A stretch of DNA of 64,000 nucleotides, from NCBI GenBank assembly GCA_039187815.1, contig JBCCZI010000003.1, positions 39,535-103,534 of the forward strand. The letters are read 5' to 3'. The notes beneath the pieces are model-generated. The model made no database searches, was not told the origin of the DNA, and was given only the letters and a program-made list of their open reading frames with translations. The DNA comes from Pseudomonadota bacterium (GTDB lineage: Bacteria; Pseudomonadota; Alphaproteobacteria; Rhodobacterales; Rhodobacteraceae). Below are positions 18,985-30,031 of this stretch, piece by piece (within the stretch, counting starts at the first letter, position 1; each line of letters starts with the position of its first letter). The position numbers and the translations under genes are program-made.

Positions 18985-19374
18985 ATGTTTCACAAGATCA
19001 TGGTTCCGGTCGATCTGGACCAGCCCGACATTGCAGACCGCGCCATCGAAGCCGCCAAGCGCATAGCGACGCTCAGCCCAGAGGCACAGATCATGATCAT
19101 CGCGATCGCCACAGATCCCAGCAGCCCGGACGGCGCCGAGGAGGAACAGCGGCTCCAGGCCTATATCGATGCTCACCGCGCAGAGACGGCCATGGACGGC
19201 GTGCTGACGCTGGGCGGGCGGGTGCCGAGCGAAATCCGCTATGCCGCCGAGGAGATGGGCGTCGACCTCATCGTCATGGCCAGCCATGAGCCGCGGCTGT
19301 CGGACATGATGTTCGGCTCACGCTCGGCCTCGGTGGCGCTGCACACCCAGTGCTCGGTGATGGTGGTGCGCTAG
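18985..19374 (+). CDS. Universal stress protein (UspA family)
   Basis: MFHKIMVPVD...VDLIVMASH...FGSRSASVALHTQCSVMVVR. Confidence 0.9.
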   Translation: MFHKIMVPVDLDQPDIADRAIEAAKRIATLSPEAQIMIIAIATDPSSPDGAEEEQRLQAYIDAHRAETAMDGVLTLGGRVPSEIRYAAEEMGVDLIVMASHEPRLSDMMFGSRSASVALHTQCSVMVVR

Positions 19375-19413
19375 CCGCTTTTCCGGCCGCGCCATGCACG
19401 CTATAGGGCGGCC

Positions 19414-20319
19414 ATGGTGACCGTCGCCGCATTCTACCGTTTCACGCCGCTCGGGGCGCCCGAGGCGCTGCAGCGCCCGCTGGCCGCTCTGGCCTGCGCA
19501 TCAGGGGTGCGCGGCACCATCCTGCTGGCCGAAGAGGGCGTGAATGGCACAATCGCGGGGCCCGAGGCGGGCATCGAAGCGGTGATCGCCCATCTCCGCA
19601 CTCTGCCCGGCTGCACCGATCTGCCCTGGAGGCGCAGCCATACCGAGGCCCAGCCCTTCCGCCGCCTGAAGGTGCGCGTGAAGCGTGAGATCGTCACGCT
19701 CGGCGCCGGCGCGGTCGATGCCCGCCAAACCGGCCGCCATGTGGCGCCCGAGGATTGGGGCGCCGTCCTGGATGATCCGGACACCGTCGTGATCGATTGC
19801 CGCAACCGCTACGAGACCGCCATTGGCGGCTTTGCGGGCGCGCTCGATCCTGGCACCGACGGCTTCACCGAGTTCCCCGCCTGGTGGGCCGAGGCCGGGC
19901 CACGGCTTGCGGGCAAACGGATCGCCATGTATTGCACCGGCGGCATTCGCTGCGAGAAGGCCTCGGCCTGGCTGCTCGACCAAGGCGTTCCGGAGGTGCT
20001 GCAACTCGATGGCGGCATCCTCGGCTATCTCGAGCGCATGCCAGAGGCCCAAACGCGCTGGCAGGGCGAATGCTTTGTCTTCGACGACCGCGTGGCGCTC
20101 GACCACGCGCTGGCCCCGGGGTCCCACAGCCTCTGCCATGCCTGCGGGCGCGCCGTCAGCCCCGAGGACCGCGCCCATCCCGCCTGGCAGGACGGCATCA
20201 GCTGCCCCGCCTGCATCGACGAATACAGTGATGCCGACCGTGCGCGTTTTGCCGAGCGGCAGCGCCAGCAGGCGCTGGCCAGGGCCCGCGGCGCCAGCCA
20301 TCTGGCCGGCACGGACTGA
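19414..20319 (+). CDS. trhO: Rhodanese-related tRNA U34 hydroxylase TrhO
   Basis: AFYRF, GTILLAEEGVNGT, RLKVRVKREIV, DCRN.YE, MYCTGGIRCEKA, LDGGILGY, GECFVFDDRV. Confidence 0.9.
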   Translation: MVTVAAFYRFTPLGAPEALQRPLAALACASGVRGTILLAEEGVNGTIAGPEAGIEAVIAHLRTLPGCTDLPWRRSHTEAQPFRRLKVRVKREIVTLGAGAVDARQTGRHVAPEDWGAVLDDPDTVVIDCRNRYETAIGGFAGALDPGTDGFTEFPAWWAEAGPRLAGKRIAMYCTGGIRCEKASAWLLDQGVPEVLQLDGGILGYLERMPEAQTRWQGECFVFDDRVALDHALAPGSHSLCHACGRAVSPEDRAHPAWQDGISCPACIDEYSDADRARFAERQRQQALARARGASHLAGTD

Positions 20320-20455
20320 GCCGCACAGGCCCCCCGGGACAGGCGGACAATCCGGCGCGAGATTTCACGCGCCTGCGCGTAAAACCGGTTGCTTCCCTGC
20401 CCAGGCGGTCTGCTAGGGTGAGCCCAACAACAAGACAACAGGGAGGGCTGCGGTC

Positions 20456-22084
20456 ATGCTGGGACAGATGCAGGACTGGCCGCTGCGGATTGGCGCGATC
20501 ATCGACCACGCCGCCCGCTATCACCCCAAGCGCCCGGTCATCGGACGCGGCACGGACGGGACGATCCAGCGGACCGACTGGACCTCCGTACGGACCGACG
20601 CCCTCAAGGTGTCGCAGGGGCTGAGACGGCTCGGCCTGCGGCCGGGCACGGTCGTGGGCGCCATGGCCTGGAACAGCCCGCGGCACATGACCTTGTGGTA
20701 CGGCGTGCCCGGGTCGGGATGCGTGCTCCACTCGCTGAACCCGCGGCTGTCCGGCGAGCAGCTCACCTATATCATCGGGCATGCCGAGGATGCGGCGGTC
20801 TTTGTCGATGCCGATCTGGTGGGCGTGCTCGAGCCAATCGCCGCCAAGCTGCCCGGTGTGCGCCATTGGATCGTGCTGGCCGAGAGCGGTGCGATGCCCG
20901 AGACCTCGCTGCCGGGCGCCATCGCCTATGGCGATGTGATCGGATCCGAGGACGGCGACGCCGCCTGGGAGCCGGTCGAGGAGGGTCATGCCTGCGGGAT
21001 CTGCTACACCTCGGGCACCACGGGCAAGCCGAAGGGGGTCGTCTACTCCCACCGCTCGAACGTGTTGCACGCCATGGCGATGATCCAGCCGGACATGCTG
21101 GGCCTCTCGAGCCGCGACACGATGATGCCGGTGGTGCCGCTGTTCCACGCGAACGGTTGGTCGAGCGGCTATTCCTCACCCATGGCGGGCGCCGCGATGG
21201 CGCTGCCGGGGCGCTGGCTCGACCCGGCCAGCCTGCTCGAGATGATCGCCGAAGGTGTCACCATCACAGCCGCCGTGCCGACCGTCTGGCTGCCGCTGCT
21301 GGCGCATCTGCGCGAGCACGGGGTCGGGCTCGCCTCGCTGCAGCGGGTGGTGATCGGCGGCTCGGCCTGTCCCCGCGCGGTGATCGAGGCCTTCCAGAAC
21401 GATTATGGCGTGCAGGTGCTGCATGCCTGGGGGATGACCGAGACCTCGCCGCTCGGCTCGTTCAGCTCGTTCAAGCCCGAGATCGCGGCGCTGGATGCCG
21501 AGGGGCAGATGGCGGCGCAGCTCTCGGTCGGGCATCCGCCCTTCACGGTCGATCTCGCGCTCCGCGACGAGGCGGGCGCTGTGCTGCCCTGGGACGGCCA
21601 GACGCCCGGCCAATTGCAGATCCGCGGCCCCGGCGTCGTCGGGCGCTATCTGAAGGCCGAGGCGCCCGCGATCGATAGCGAAGGCTGGTTCGACACCGGC
21701 GATGCGGCCACCATGGACGCCGATGGCTATGTGCGCATCACCGACCGTTTCAAGGATCTGATCAAGTCGGGCGGCGAGTGGATCAGCTCGATCGAGATGG
21801 AGAACGCCGCGGTCGGGCATCCGGGCGTGGCCGAGGCGGCGGCCGTCGCCATGCCGCATCCGAAATGGGGCGAGCGGCCGGTGCTGGTGGTGGTGGCCAA
21901 GGACACCCCGCCCCCCGCGACCGAGATCCTGGCGCAGCTCGAGGGCCATTTCGCCAAATGGCAGCTGCCGGACGAGATTCTGTTCGTCGATGCCATTCCC
22001 CATACGGCAACCGGCAAGATCTCAAAACTGACCTTGCGCAAAAGCCTCGAGGCCGAGGGCTACCAGCTGCCGGACCAGCGCTGA
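20456..22084 (+). CDS. Acyl-CoA synthetase (long-chain/DmdB-like)
   Basis: YTSGTTGKPKGV, AWGMTETSP, WFDTGD, DRFKDLIKSGGEWISS, GKISK. Confidence 0.9.
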   Translation: MLGQMQDWPLRIGAIIDHAARYHPKRPVIGRGTDGTIQRTDWTSVRTDALKVSQGLRRLGLRPGTVVGAMAWNSPRHMTLWYGVPGSGCVLHSLNPRLSGEQLTYIIGHAEDAAVFVDADLVGVLEPIAAKLPGVRHWIVLAESGAMPETSLPGAIAYGDVIGSEDGDAAWEPVEEGHACGICYTSGTTGKPKGVVYSHRSNVLHAMAMIQPDMLGLSSRDTMMPVVPLFHANGWSSGYSSPMAGAAMALPGRWLDPASLLEMIAEGVTITAAVPTVWLPLLAHLREHGVGLASLQRVVIGGSACPRAVIEAFQNDYGVQVLHAWGMTETSPLGSFSSFKPEIAALDAEGQMAAQLSVGHPPFTVDLALRDEAGAVLPWDGQTPGQLQIRGPGVVGRYLKAEAPAIDSEGWFDTGDAATMDADGYVRITDRFKDLIKSGGEWISSIEMENAAVGHPGVAEAAAVAMPHPKWGERPVLVVVAKDTPPPATEILAQLEGHFAKWQLPDEILFVDAIPHTATGKISKLTLRKSLEAEGYQLPDQR

Positions 22085-22088
22085 ACGC

Positions 22089-22913
22089 TCAGCGCTGGGA
22101 TTTCGATTTGCCGAACAGCTGCGCCATGGCCATCAGCAGCGAAGTGATCGCGATCATGATGGTTGAAATCGAGGCGATGGTCGGATCGATCTGATCGCGC
22201 AGCGCGTTGAACATGTTCCGCGTCAGCGTGGCGTTGTCGCCGCCCGAGATGAACATGGCCACCACCACTTCGTCGAACGAGGTCAGGAACGCCAGGAGCG
22301 CCGCCGTGATCACCGAGAACCGGATCTGCGGCAGCGTCACCGTCATGAACGCCCGCGCGCGGGAGGCACCGAGGCTCCGCGCCGCCATCTCCTGGTTCAT
22401 ATCGAAGCTCTTCAGCCCCGAGGCGGTCACGATCAGCACCAGCGGCAGCGCCAGCAGCGTGTGGGCCAGAACCACACCCGCCAGCGTGTAGAGGATCTGC
22501 AGCTTCACATAGATGTAGAACGCCCCGATCGCGATCAGGATCAGCGGCACCATCATCGGGGTGATCAGCAGCACAAAGACCAGGCGCCCGGCCTTCATCT
22601 GGCTGGTGTGGAGCCCATAGGCCGCCATCACGCCGATGGGGGTGGCCAGCAGCATGGTCAGCACCGCCGCCATCAGCGAGGTGCGGGTGGCGGCCATCCA
22701 CTCGGGCGAGCCGAAATAGTGCCCGTACCATCGCGTCGACCAGACCTCGGGCGGGAACTCGAGATACTGGCTGTCCGAGAAGGACATCGGCACCACGATC
22801 AGCGTCGGAGCGACCAGCAGCACCATCATGATGCCCGAGAACACATAGAGCCACAGCCGCTGGCCATGGGTGATCTGCGTCTCGGAGGCCGGACTGTCGA
22901 GCCAGGCGCGCAT
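22089..22913 (-). CDS. Polyamine-type ABC transporter permease (PotC-like)
   Basis: AARSLGASR EAA loop; FLTSFDEVVV; TM helices. Confidence 0.88.
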   Translation of the reverse strand: MRAWLDSPASETQITHGQRLWLYVFSGIMMVLLVAPTLIVVPMSFSDSQYLEFPPEVWSTRWYGHYFGSPEWMAATRTSLMAAVLTMLLATPIGVMAAYGLHTSQMKAGRLVFVLLITPMMVPLILIAIGAFYIYVKLQILYTLAGVVLAHTLLALPLVLIVTASGLKSFDMNQEMAARSLGASRARAFMTVTLPQIRFSVITAALLAFLTSFDEVVVAMFISGGDNATLTRNMFNALRDQIDPTIASISTIMIAITSLLMAMAQLFGKSKSQR

Positions 22914-23830
22914 CAGTGGCCTCCTCCGGCCAGCTGCTCAAGCTTGAGGAACCGCGCCGCCACCCAGAGGATCGCGAGCGTCATCACCAACAGCACAACG
23001 CCCAGCGCCGAGGCCGCGCCCCAGTTGACGAAGAGCTCGATATTGGAGGCGATCTTCATCGAGACCATGATGACCTTGCCCCCGCCCAGCACCGCCGGCG
23101 TCACGAAGAAGCCGAGGCAGAGCACAAACACGATCAGCGCACCGGCGAACAGCCCCGGGATCGAGAGCGGGAAGAACACGGTCCAAAAGGCGCGCGCAGG
23201 CCCGGCCCCCAGATTGGCCGCAGCCTTGAGATAGTCGCGGTCGATCGCCTTCATCGAGCTGTAGACCGGCAGGATCAGAAAGGGCAGCATGATGTGCACC
23301 ATGCCGATCAGCGTGCCGGTCATGTTGTGCACGAACTTCAGCGGCTCGTCCCACAAGCCGATGTCCATGGCCCAATCGTTCACCAGCCCGCGCTTTTGCA
23401 GCAGCACGAGCCAGGCATAGGTGCGCACCAGCAGCGAGGTCCAGAACGGCAGCAGCACCGCGATCAGGCAGAGATTGGCGGCCCGGTCCGGCAGCTGGCT
23501 GAGGAAATAGGCGAACGGATAGCCAATCGCGATACAGATCAGCGTGGTCAGGACGCTGACCTCGAAGGTCGTGTAGAATATCCGCGCATAGGATTTGCGC
23601 TCGAGCATCCGCTCATAGTTCTCGAGGCTGAACGACCCGTCCGCTCCGATGAAGGACACGAAGAACAACCAGCCGACCGGCACCACCAGGATCACCAGCA
23701 CCAACAGCAACGCCGGCGAGCAGAGGCCGAAGAGCGCCATCCGCTCGCGCACCGCGTCCTGGCGCAGGCCCTCGGAATTGTCGTCGGCCTCGGCGGCGCG
23801 GCCGCTGGCGGGGAGCGTGGCCTCGACCAT
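22913..23830 (-). CDS. Polyamine-type ABC transporter permease (PotB-like)
   Basis: PFWTSLLVRTYAW, LPFLILPVY, AAANLGA, GFFVTPAVLGG. Confidence 0.88.
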   Translation of the reverse strand: MVEATLPASGRAAEADDNSEGLRQDAVRERMALFGLCSPALLLVLVILVVPVGWLFFVSFIGADGSFSLENYERMLERKSYARIFYTTFEVSVLTTLICIAIGYPFAYFLSQLPDRAANLCLIAVLLPFWTSLLVRTYAWLVLLQKRGLVNDWAMDIGLWDEPLKFVHNMTGTLIGMVHIMLPFLILPVYSSMKAIDRDYLKAAANLGAGPARAFWTVFFPLSIPGLFAGALIVFVLCLGFFVTPAVLGGGKVIMVSMKIASNIELFVNWGAASALGVVLLVMTLAILWVAARFLKLEQLAGGGH

Positions 23831-23831
23831 T

Positions 23832-24920
<1,089 letters not shown>

Positions 24921-24978
24921 CGCACTCTCCGAATCTAGGGAGCCCGGGGCGGTCAAGCGCGCCCCGGGGCAAGCCGGC

Positions 24979-26022
24979 TCACTCGGTGAGCATTTCCTGG
25001 TACATCTCGGCCGCGATGGTCTCCCACTCGGCATACCAAGCCAGATCGACCGGCACCTGCTTGGAGGCGTTGTCCGGGTGCGAGGGCAGCGCCTTCAGGG
25101 TCGCCTCGCTGGCCGTCGAGATCGCATAGGCCGCCTTGTTGGTCGGGCCATAGGTGATGTGGAGCGGCAGGTTGGCCTGGTATTTCGGCTTGGAGATCTC
25201 GGCGAGGAACTCCATGGCCGTGTCCTTGTTCGGCGCACCCTTGGGAATGGCAAAGCAGTCATAGTCGAGCAGAGCCTGATTGAAGCTGTAAGCGACCTTG
25301 GCGCCGTCCTTCAGCGCGTTGTCAAAGCGGCCGTTCCAGCCGGTGGTCATGTCGACCTCGCCGTCCTTCATCAGCTGGGCGTGCTGAGCGCCCGAGGTCC
25401 AGAACACCGAGATATGCGGCTTGAGCTCGCGGATCTTGTCCAGCGCGCGCTCGATGCCCTCTTCGGAGCCGAGCACCTCATAGACCTGCTCGGGCGGCAC
25501 ACCGTCGGCCAGCAGCGCCGGCTCGAGCGCCCCGGCCACCTTGCCGCGATAGGCGCGGGTGCCGGGGAACTTCTCGACATTCCAGAAATCCGCCCAGTTC
25601 TGCGGGCCGTCCTCGCCATAGGTGTCGGTGTTCCAGGCATAGACGGTCGAGAACACATCGCCGCCGACGCAATAGTCGGTGAAGAGCGTGGGGTAGAACT
25701 CAGAGACGTCGATCACGCCATAGTCGAGCTTCTCGAGCAGCCCCTCGGCCGCCGCCCGTGCCGCCGAGCCCGAGCCCGAGGCCACGATGTCGAGCGTCAC
25801 GGCCCCGGTCTGCACCTGCAGGCGCACATCGGACATGCCGCCATAGGTCTCTTGCTTCACGACAATGCCCGTATCGGCCGCCGCCGGCTCGAACAGCGCC
25901 TTGGACTGGGCCTCCTGATAGGAGCCGCCCCAGGACGCGATCGTCACCGTCTTGTCGGCCGCGAGCGCCCCCGTGGCAGCCAGAGCCGCCGTGGCGACCG
26001 ATGCAAAAATCAGATGTCTCAT
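24979..26022 (-). CDS. Polyamine-type ABC substrate-binding protein (PotD/PotF-like)
   Basis: Signal peptide; SWGGSYQEAQ, WADFWNVEKFPG.R, LLADGV, WNGR. Confidence 0.88.
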   Translation of the reverse strand: MRHLIFASVATAALAATGALAADKTVTIASWGGSYQEAQSKALFEPAAADTGIVVKQETYGGMSDVRLQVQTGAVTLDIVASGSGSAARAAAEGLLEKLDYGVIDVSEFYPTLFTDYCVGGDVFSTVYAWNTDTYGEDGPQNWADFWNVEKFPGTRAYRGKVAGALEPALLADGVPPEQVYEVLGSEEGIERALDKIRELKPHISVFWTSGAQHAQLMKDGEVDMTTGWNGRFDNALKDGAKVAYSFNQALLDYDCFAIPKGAPNKDTAMEFLAEISKPKYQANLPLHITYGPTNKAAYAISTASEATLKALPSHPDNASKQVPVDLAWYAEWETIAAEMYQEMLTE

Positions 26023-26123
26023 TGTGTTTGTTCTCCCTGTTACGCATTCCCGGGCGAGGGGTCCCCGCCCGGTCGTCGGATTGGATCGAGGCGCGCCCCG
26101 CTCCGTCCGGATCTCCGCATGGT

Positions 26124-27518
26124 TCACGCGGCTCCGGCAGTCGTCAGGCGCGCAGCCCTCCGGCATTCTTGCCGGTCCCGCCAGCGGTACCAGGCGACGG
26201 TCGCCGGCAGGAACCACGGGCGGCCCGCATAGAGCGGGCGCGTCGGAAACGGTAGGTCGTCAAAGGCAGTCTGTCCCTCGGCACGGCCCAGAATGCGCTG
26301 ACCCATCCGCATGCCCAAATAGCTCGCCATACCCACGCCCGAACCGCAATAGCCCATCGCATAGTGCATGCCGTCCTGCACGCCGCAATGCGCGAGATGA
26401 TCGAAGGTATAGGCCACGAAGCCATTCCAGGAGTGAGAGATCCGCGCGGTCGCAAGCTCGGGGAAGATGCGCACCATATCGGCGTGCAGGCGCGGACCGC
26501 TGAGCCTCGGATCCGTCTCGCCCGAGGACACGCGGCCCCCAAACACCAGACGCGTCCCATCGGGCGAGGGACCGTAATAGTACACCACCCGCCGCGTGTC
26601 GCTGACGATCCGGCCCCGGGGAAACAGCCGCTCGACCGTGCCGGGCGCCAGAGGCTCGGTGGCGATCACATAGCTGCCGATGGGGATCACGCGGCGCTGC
26701 AGCCAAGGGGTCAGGCCGGCGGTGTAGCCATTGGTGGCCACCGCCACGGCCCGAGCGCGAATCGTCCCGAGTTCGGTCGTGACCTCGAACCCGTCGCGCT
26801 GGCGCTCGACCGAGACTGCCGCACAATGGGGCACCACTTGCACGCCGCTGGCCAAGGCCGTCATCAACAGACCACGGTGATAGCGCGCCGGATGCAGCCG
26901 GGCAAAGGTCGGATAGACCACACCGCCGTGATAGAAGGCGGTGTCGATCTCGGTCCTCTGGGCGTCGCGGGGCAGCGCATGGGCCTCGATCCCCTCATCG
27001 CGCATGGTCTGCTCGGCTTTGCGCGCCAGCGTCTCATAGGCCGCGGGCGTATGGGCGGCCAGCACCTTGCCGACCCGGGCAAAGGCGCAGTCGATGCCCT
27101 CGGCCTGCAGAAAATCCTCGAGCCAATCGAGCGCGGCCGGGCCTTCGGCGCGGATGCGTCGGGCGCGCTCGGACCCCAAGCGTCGCGAGAGCTCGGCGAG
27201 GGAGGGCTTGATGCTGCTGCTCACCTGGCCGCCATTGCGCGTGCTACAGCCCCAGCCCGGGTCGCCCGCCTCGAGCACCACGGTGGAGCGCCCGCCCCGC
27301 ACCGTCTCGAGCGCCGCGTTCAGGCCGGTATAGCCCGACCCGATCACGACCACATCGGCCCGCTCAGGCAGCAGGCGCGGCAGGGCTGGCGGCGGCGGCA
27401 CCGCCTCGCCCCAATAGGGCGCCGCTAAGAAATCTTCGGTGAACAGGCCGGGCGACGCCCCGCCAGGGTCATCGCTTGTGCGCGCCACAATCCGGGTGCT
27501 GCGCCGAGGCTCTGTCAT
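26124..27518 (-). CDS. FAD-dependent amine/amino-acid oxidoreductase (PuuB/DAO-like)
   Basis: VVIGSGYTGL, STRNGG, HPARY, VATNGY, VFGGR, GYCGSGV. Confidence 0.85.
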   Translation of the reverse strand: MTEPRRSTRIVARTSDDPGGASPGLFTEDFLAAPYWGEAVPPPPALPRLLPERADVVVIGSGYTGLNAALETVRGGRSTVVLEAGDPGWGCSTRNGGQVSSSIKPSLAELSRRLGSERARRIRAEGPAALDWLEDFLQAEGIDCAFARVGKVLAAHTPAAYETLARKAEQTMRDEGIEAHALPRDAQRTEIDTAFYHGGVVYPTFARLHPARYHRGLLMTALASGVQVVPHCAAVSVERQRDGFEVTTELGTIRARAVAVATNGYTAGLTPWLQRRVIPIGSYVIATEPLAPGTVERLFPRGRIVSDTRRVVYYYGPSPDGTRLVFGGRVSSGETDPRLSGPRLHADMVRIFPELATARISHSWNGFVAYTFDHLAHCGVQDGMHYAMGYCGSGVGMASYLGMRMGQRILGRAEGQTAFDDLPFPTRPLYAGRPWFLPATVAWYRWRDRQECRRAARLTTAGAA

Positions 27519-27598
27519 CGCGCCACTCTCACAACCTGCCGAAGGGAAACGGAGCCGCACGGCATCTATTATGTCAACTGAATTCGCCTTATGCTTTT

Positions 27599-27613
27599 AT
27601 AAACAACCTTTAT
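27599..27613. promoter_or_regulatory. LysR-type operator (ATAA-N7-TTAT)
   Basis: ATAAacaacctTTAT in the AT-rich divergent gap between the oxidase and LysR. Confidence 0.5.
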
Positions 27614-27625
27614 TCGTGGCCAACC

Positions 27626-28513
27626 ATGCATCTCAAGCTGCGCCATCTCGAAGTGCTCCGCGCATTGATGGAGGCGGGATCGGTATCCCAAGCCGCCCAG
27701 AAGCTGAACGTCACGCAGCCGGCGGTCAGCGTGGCACTGGCGAACCTCGAGCGGGATCTCGGCTTTCGGCTGTTCAACCGCGCAAAGGGCTTCTTTGCGC
27801 CCACGCCCGAGGCCCATTTGCTGAACGCCGAGGCCGAGCGAGGGCTGATTGCTCTGGCCCGTGTCGAGCGCCGCGCCGCCGAGATCCGCGCAGGCACGAC
27901 GGGCAATCTGAGCATCGCCAGCAACGGGGCCATGGCGATCAATCTGCTGCCGCGCCTGATCGCCGAGCTCCAGGCCGAGACGCCGGGGCTGAACATCGAC
28001 CTTTCGGTGCACGGCTCGCGCCAAGTCGCGGCCCTGGTCAGCGGCGGGCAGATCGATATCGGGCTGATCGACACGCCGGTTCCGGTCGCCGGGCTGGTGG
28101 CCGAGATCTTTCGCCTGCCCTGTGTCTGCATCCTGCGCGCCGATGATCCGCTGACCAAGGTGTCTACCGTAACGCCAGATCTCATTGCCGGGCGTCCGGT
28201 CATCGCGATCACCGGCGAGCATGCGGTCGACCGCCAGCTCGACGGCTTGCTCGCCACCGCCAAGGTGCGGGTTGAGCGGCGGACCTCGTGCTCGTACTTT
28301 GCCATCGCGCGCAGCATGGTGGCGGCCGGCGGGGGCCTCGCCCTGATCGACGGTATCAATGCGCGGCTTGCCCTGAACGACGGTGTGATCTGGCGGCCCT
28401 TCGCCCCGCAGATCGACTATGAGCTCGCCATGATCGTCGCGGCGGGTCCCGAGATGCACCATCACGGCGCGCGCTTCATCGCCCGCCTCAAGCACCATCT
28501 TGCGAGCGGATGA
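27626..28513 (+). CDS. LysR-family transcriptional regulator
   Basis: LRHLEVL...SVSQAAQKLNVTQPAVS...LERDLGFRLFNR HTH. Confidence 0.95.
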   Translation: MHLKLRHLEVLRALMEAGSVSQAAQKLNVTQPAVSVALANLERDLGFRLFNRAKGFFAPTPEAHLLNAEAERGLIALARVERRAAEIRAGTTGNLSIASNGAMAINLLPRLIAELQAETPGLNIDLSVHGSRQVAALVSGGQIDIGLIDTPVPVAGLVAEIFRLPCVCILRADDPLTKVSTVTPDLIAGRPVIAITGEHAVDRQLDGLLATAKVRVERRTSCSYFAIARSMVAAGGGLALIDGINARLALNDGVIWRPFAPQIDYELAMIVAAGPEMHHHGARFIARLKHHLASG

Positions 28514-28633
28514 GCGAGCGGGTTCTATGCCGCAGCCACAAACGCCCCGATGCGAGAGGGGGACGCGCATGTGCATCGAGATGCTCTCTGCCTCCGATAC
28601 CCGGCGTGAGAAGCGGTGCCGGGATCAGGAGCC

Positions 28634-29614
28634 ATGAGCGAGCCCCCCGCCGATCCGCGCACGACCGGCGATCCCGAGATCGCCCGGAAGTGGCTGCTCG
28701 CCTTCCAAAAGGCGCATCCCGACATCGTCGCGGCCACGCCGCCCAAGGGGCAGATCCGCGGCATCGATGCCTATGCACGGCCCGAACTGCTGCACCAGGT
28801 GGTGGCGCAGGCGCTGGAGATCCATCGCCGCCGCCATGGGCGCTGGCCGATGCCCCATCGCCTCGAGCGCACCGCCGATTGCTTCTTCGCCGACAAGTTC
28901 TTTGGCGCCTATCCCATCGATCCGAACCCGGCCGACAAGCTGAATGCCGCGGTCTGGCTGCCCGAGCCGCTGTCCGGGCTGGTGCGTGTGGCCGAGCGGC
29001 CGTGGGTGGCCGACGCGCCCGGTCTGCCTCCGGACGATTCGGTACCGCCTGGGCGCTGGATCCTGAAACTCGGCCTCGGCAATGCCACCAATGAGTGGAT
29101 CGACTGGCCGCCAAGCGCCAAAGAGCGCGCCCGTCTCGACGCCCTGACGTCCGAGTGGTTCCAGGGTCGCTACGGCGTCCGCTGGGGCGAATGGTGGTAC
29201 GCAATTGGCAAGCAGCGGCTGTTTCTCGAGCAGGACCTCACCGAGGCGCGGGCCGGGCGGCCAGAGTTCAAGCTGTTCACCCGCGGCGGGCGGGTCGTGA
29301 TGATCCGAGCCATCTTACACCGCAAGGCCCAAGGCCTGCCCAATGGCGAGCGGTTCTATGACGCCGCATTTCGGCCGATCAAGGGGCAGTCCGTCGGCTA
29401 TGCTCCGATGGCGAGCCCGCCGCCCGCCTCGGCCGAGCGCATGCTCGAGGCCGCCGCCGGCATCGGGCGCCATTTCAACCGCATGCGGGTCGATTTCCTC
29501 GACACCGGGGACGAGCGGCCCTGGCTGAACGAGCTCACAATCGGCGACGTGAACGCCCGGCGGATCATGACGCCCGATCTCGACTGCAGCTTCCGCCGGC
29601 TGATGTTCGAGTGA
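28634..29614 (+). CDS. TupA-like ATP-grasp fold protein (putative)
   Basis: ADK, WILK, LFLEQDL, EFKLF, MRVDFL..WLNELT pattern typical of ATPgrasp_TupA. Confidence 0.6.
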   Translation: MSEPPADPRTTGDPEIARKWLLAFQKAHPDIVAATPPKGQIRGIDAYARPELLHQVVAQALEIHRRRHGRWPMPHRLERTADCFFADKFFGAYPIDPNPADKLNAAVWLPEPLSGLVRVAERPWVADAPGLPPDDSVPPGRWILKLGLGNATNEWIDWPPSAKERARLDALTSEWFQGRYGVRWGEWWYAIGKQRLFLEQDLTEARAGRPEFKLFTRGGRVVMIRAILHRKAQGLPNGERFYDAAFRPIKGQSVGYAPMASPPPASAERMLEAAAGIGRHFNRMRVDFLDTGDERPWLNELTIGDVNARRIMTPDLDCSFRRLMFE

Positions 29615-29617
29615 GCG

Positions 29618-30031
29618 TCAGACCGGCTCCCGCTCGGCCAGGAAGCTGCGCAAATCGACCAGCCGTTTGCGCTCGAGCGAGACATAGACGAAGGCCATAT
29701 TGGTGCGCTCGGCGATCATCTCGCCGGGATAGGGCAGATAGCTGAGCTCACGCGAGCCGAAGGAGGGCGAGGCGCTGCCGACCTGCCAATCGCGGGTCAG
29801 CGTCACATCCACCAGCTTAAGCGACGGCCCGCCCGCCTCGTCCGCGATCTCGAGCGGCACGCCGGCGATGCGCAGATAGGCCGCCTTGTCGCGCGCCTCC
29901 TGAAACCCGTCGATAAACTGCGTCGCCAGCACCTGGAGATCGGCGGCCTGGTTCGCGGGCTCCATATGGCTGTGCAGATGGTCCGCCGCATGGTTGTGAT
30001 GGTGGTGATGGTGCGGATGATCATGGGGCAT
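29618..30031 (-). CDS. His-rich N-terminus hypothetical protein (candidate metal chaperone)
   Basis: MPHDHPHHHHHHNHAADHLHSH (12 His in 22 aa); last gene of the guanidine operon, overlapping the CMD gene. Confidence 0.75.
   Translation of the reverse strand: MPHDHPHHHHHHNHAADHLHSHMEPANQAADLQVLATQFIDGFQEARDKAAYLRIAGVPLEIADEAGGPSLKLVDVTLTRDWQVGSASPSFGSRELSYLPYPGEMIAERTNMAFVYVSLERKRLVDLRSFLAEREPV

Noticed and set aside
29985-30025. (GTG/ATG)n microsatellite-like run
   Set aside because: It is the His-codon tract of the His-rich protein.
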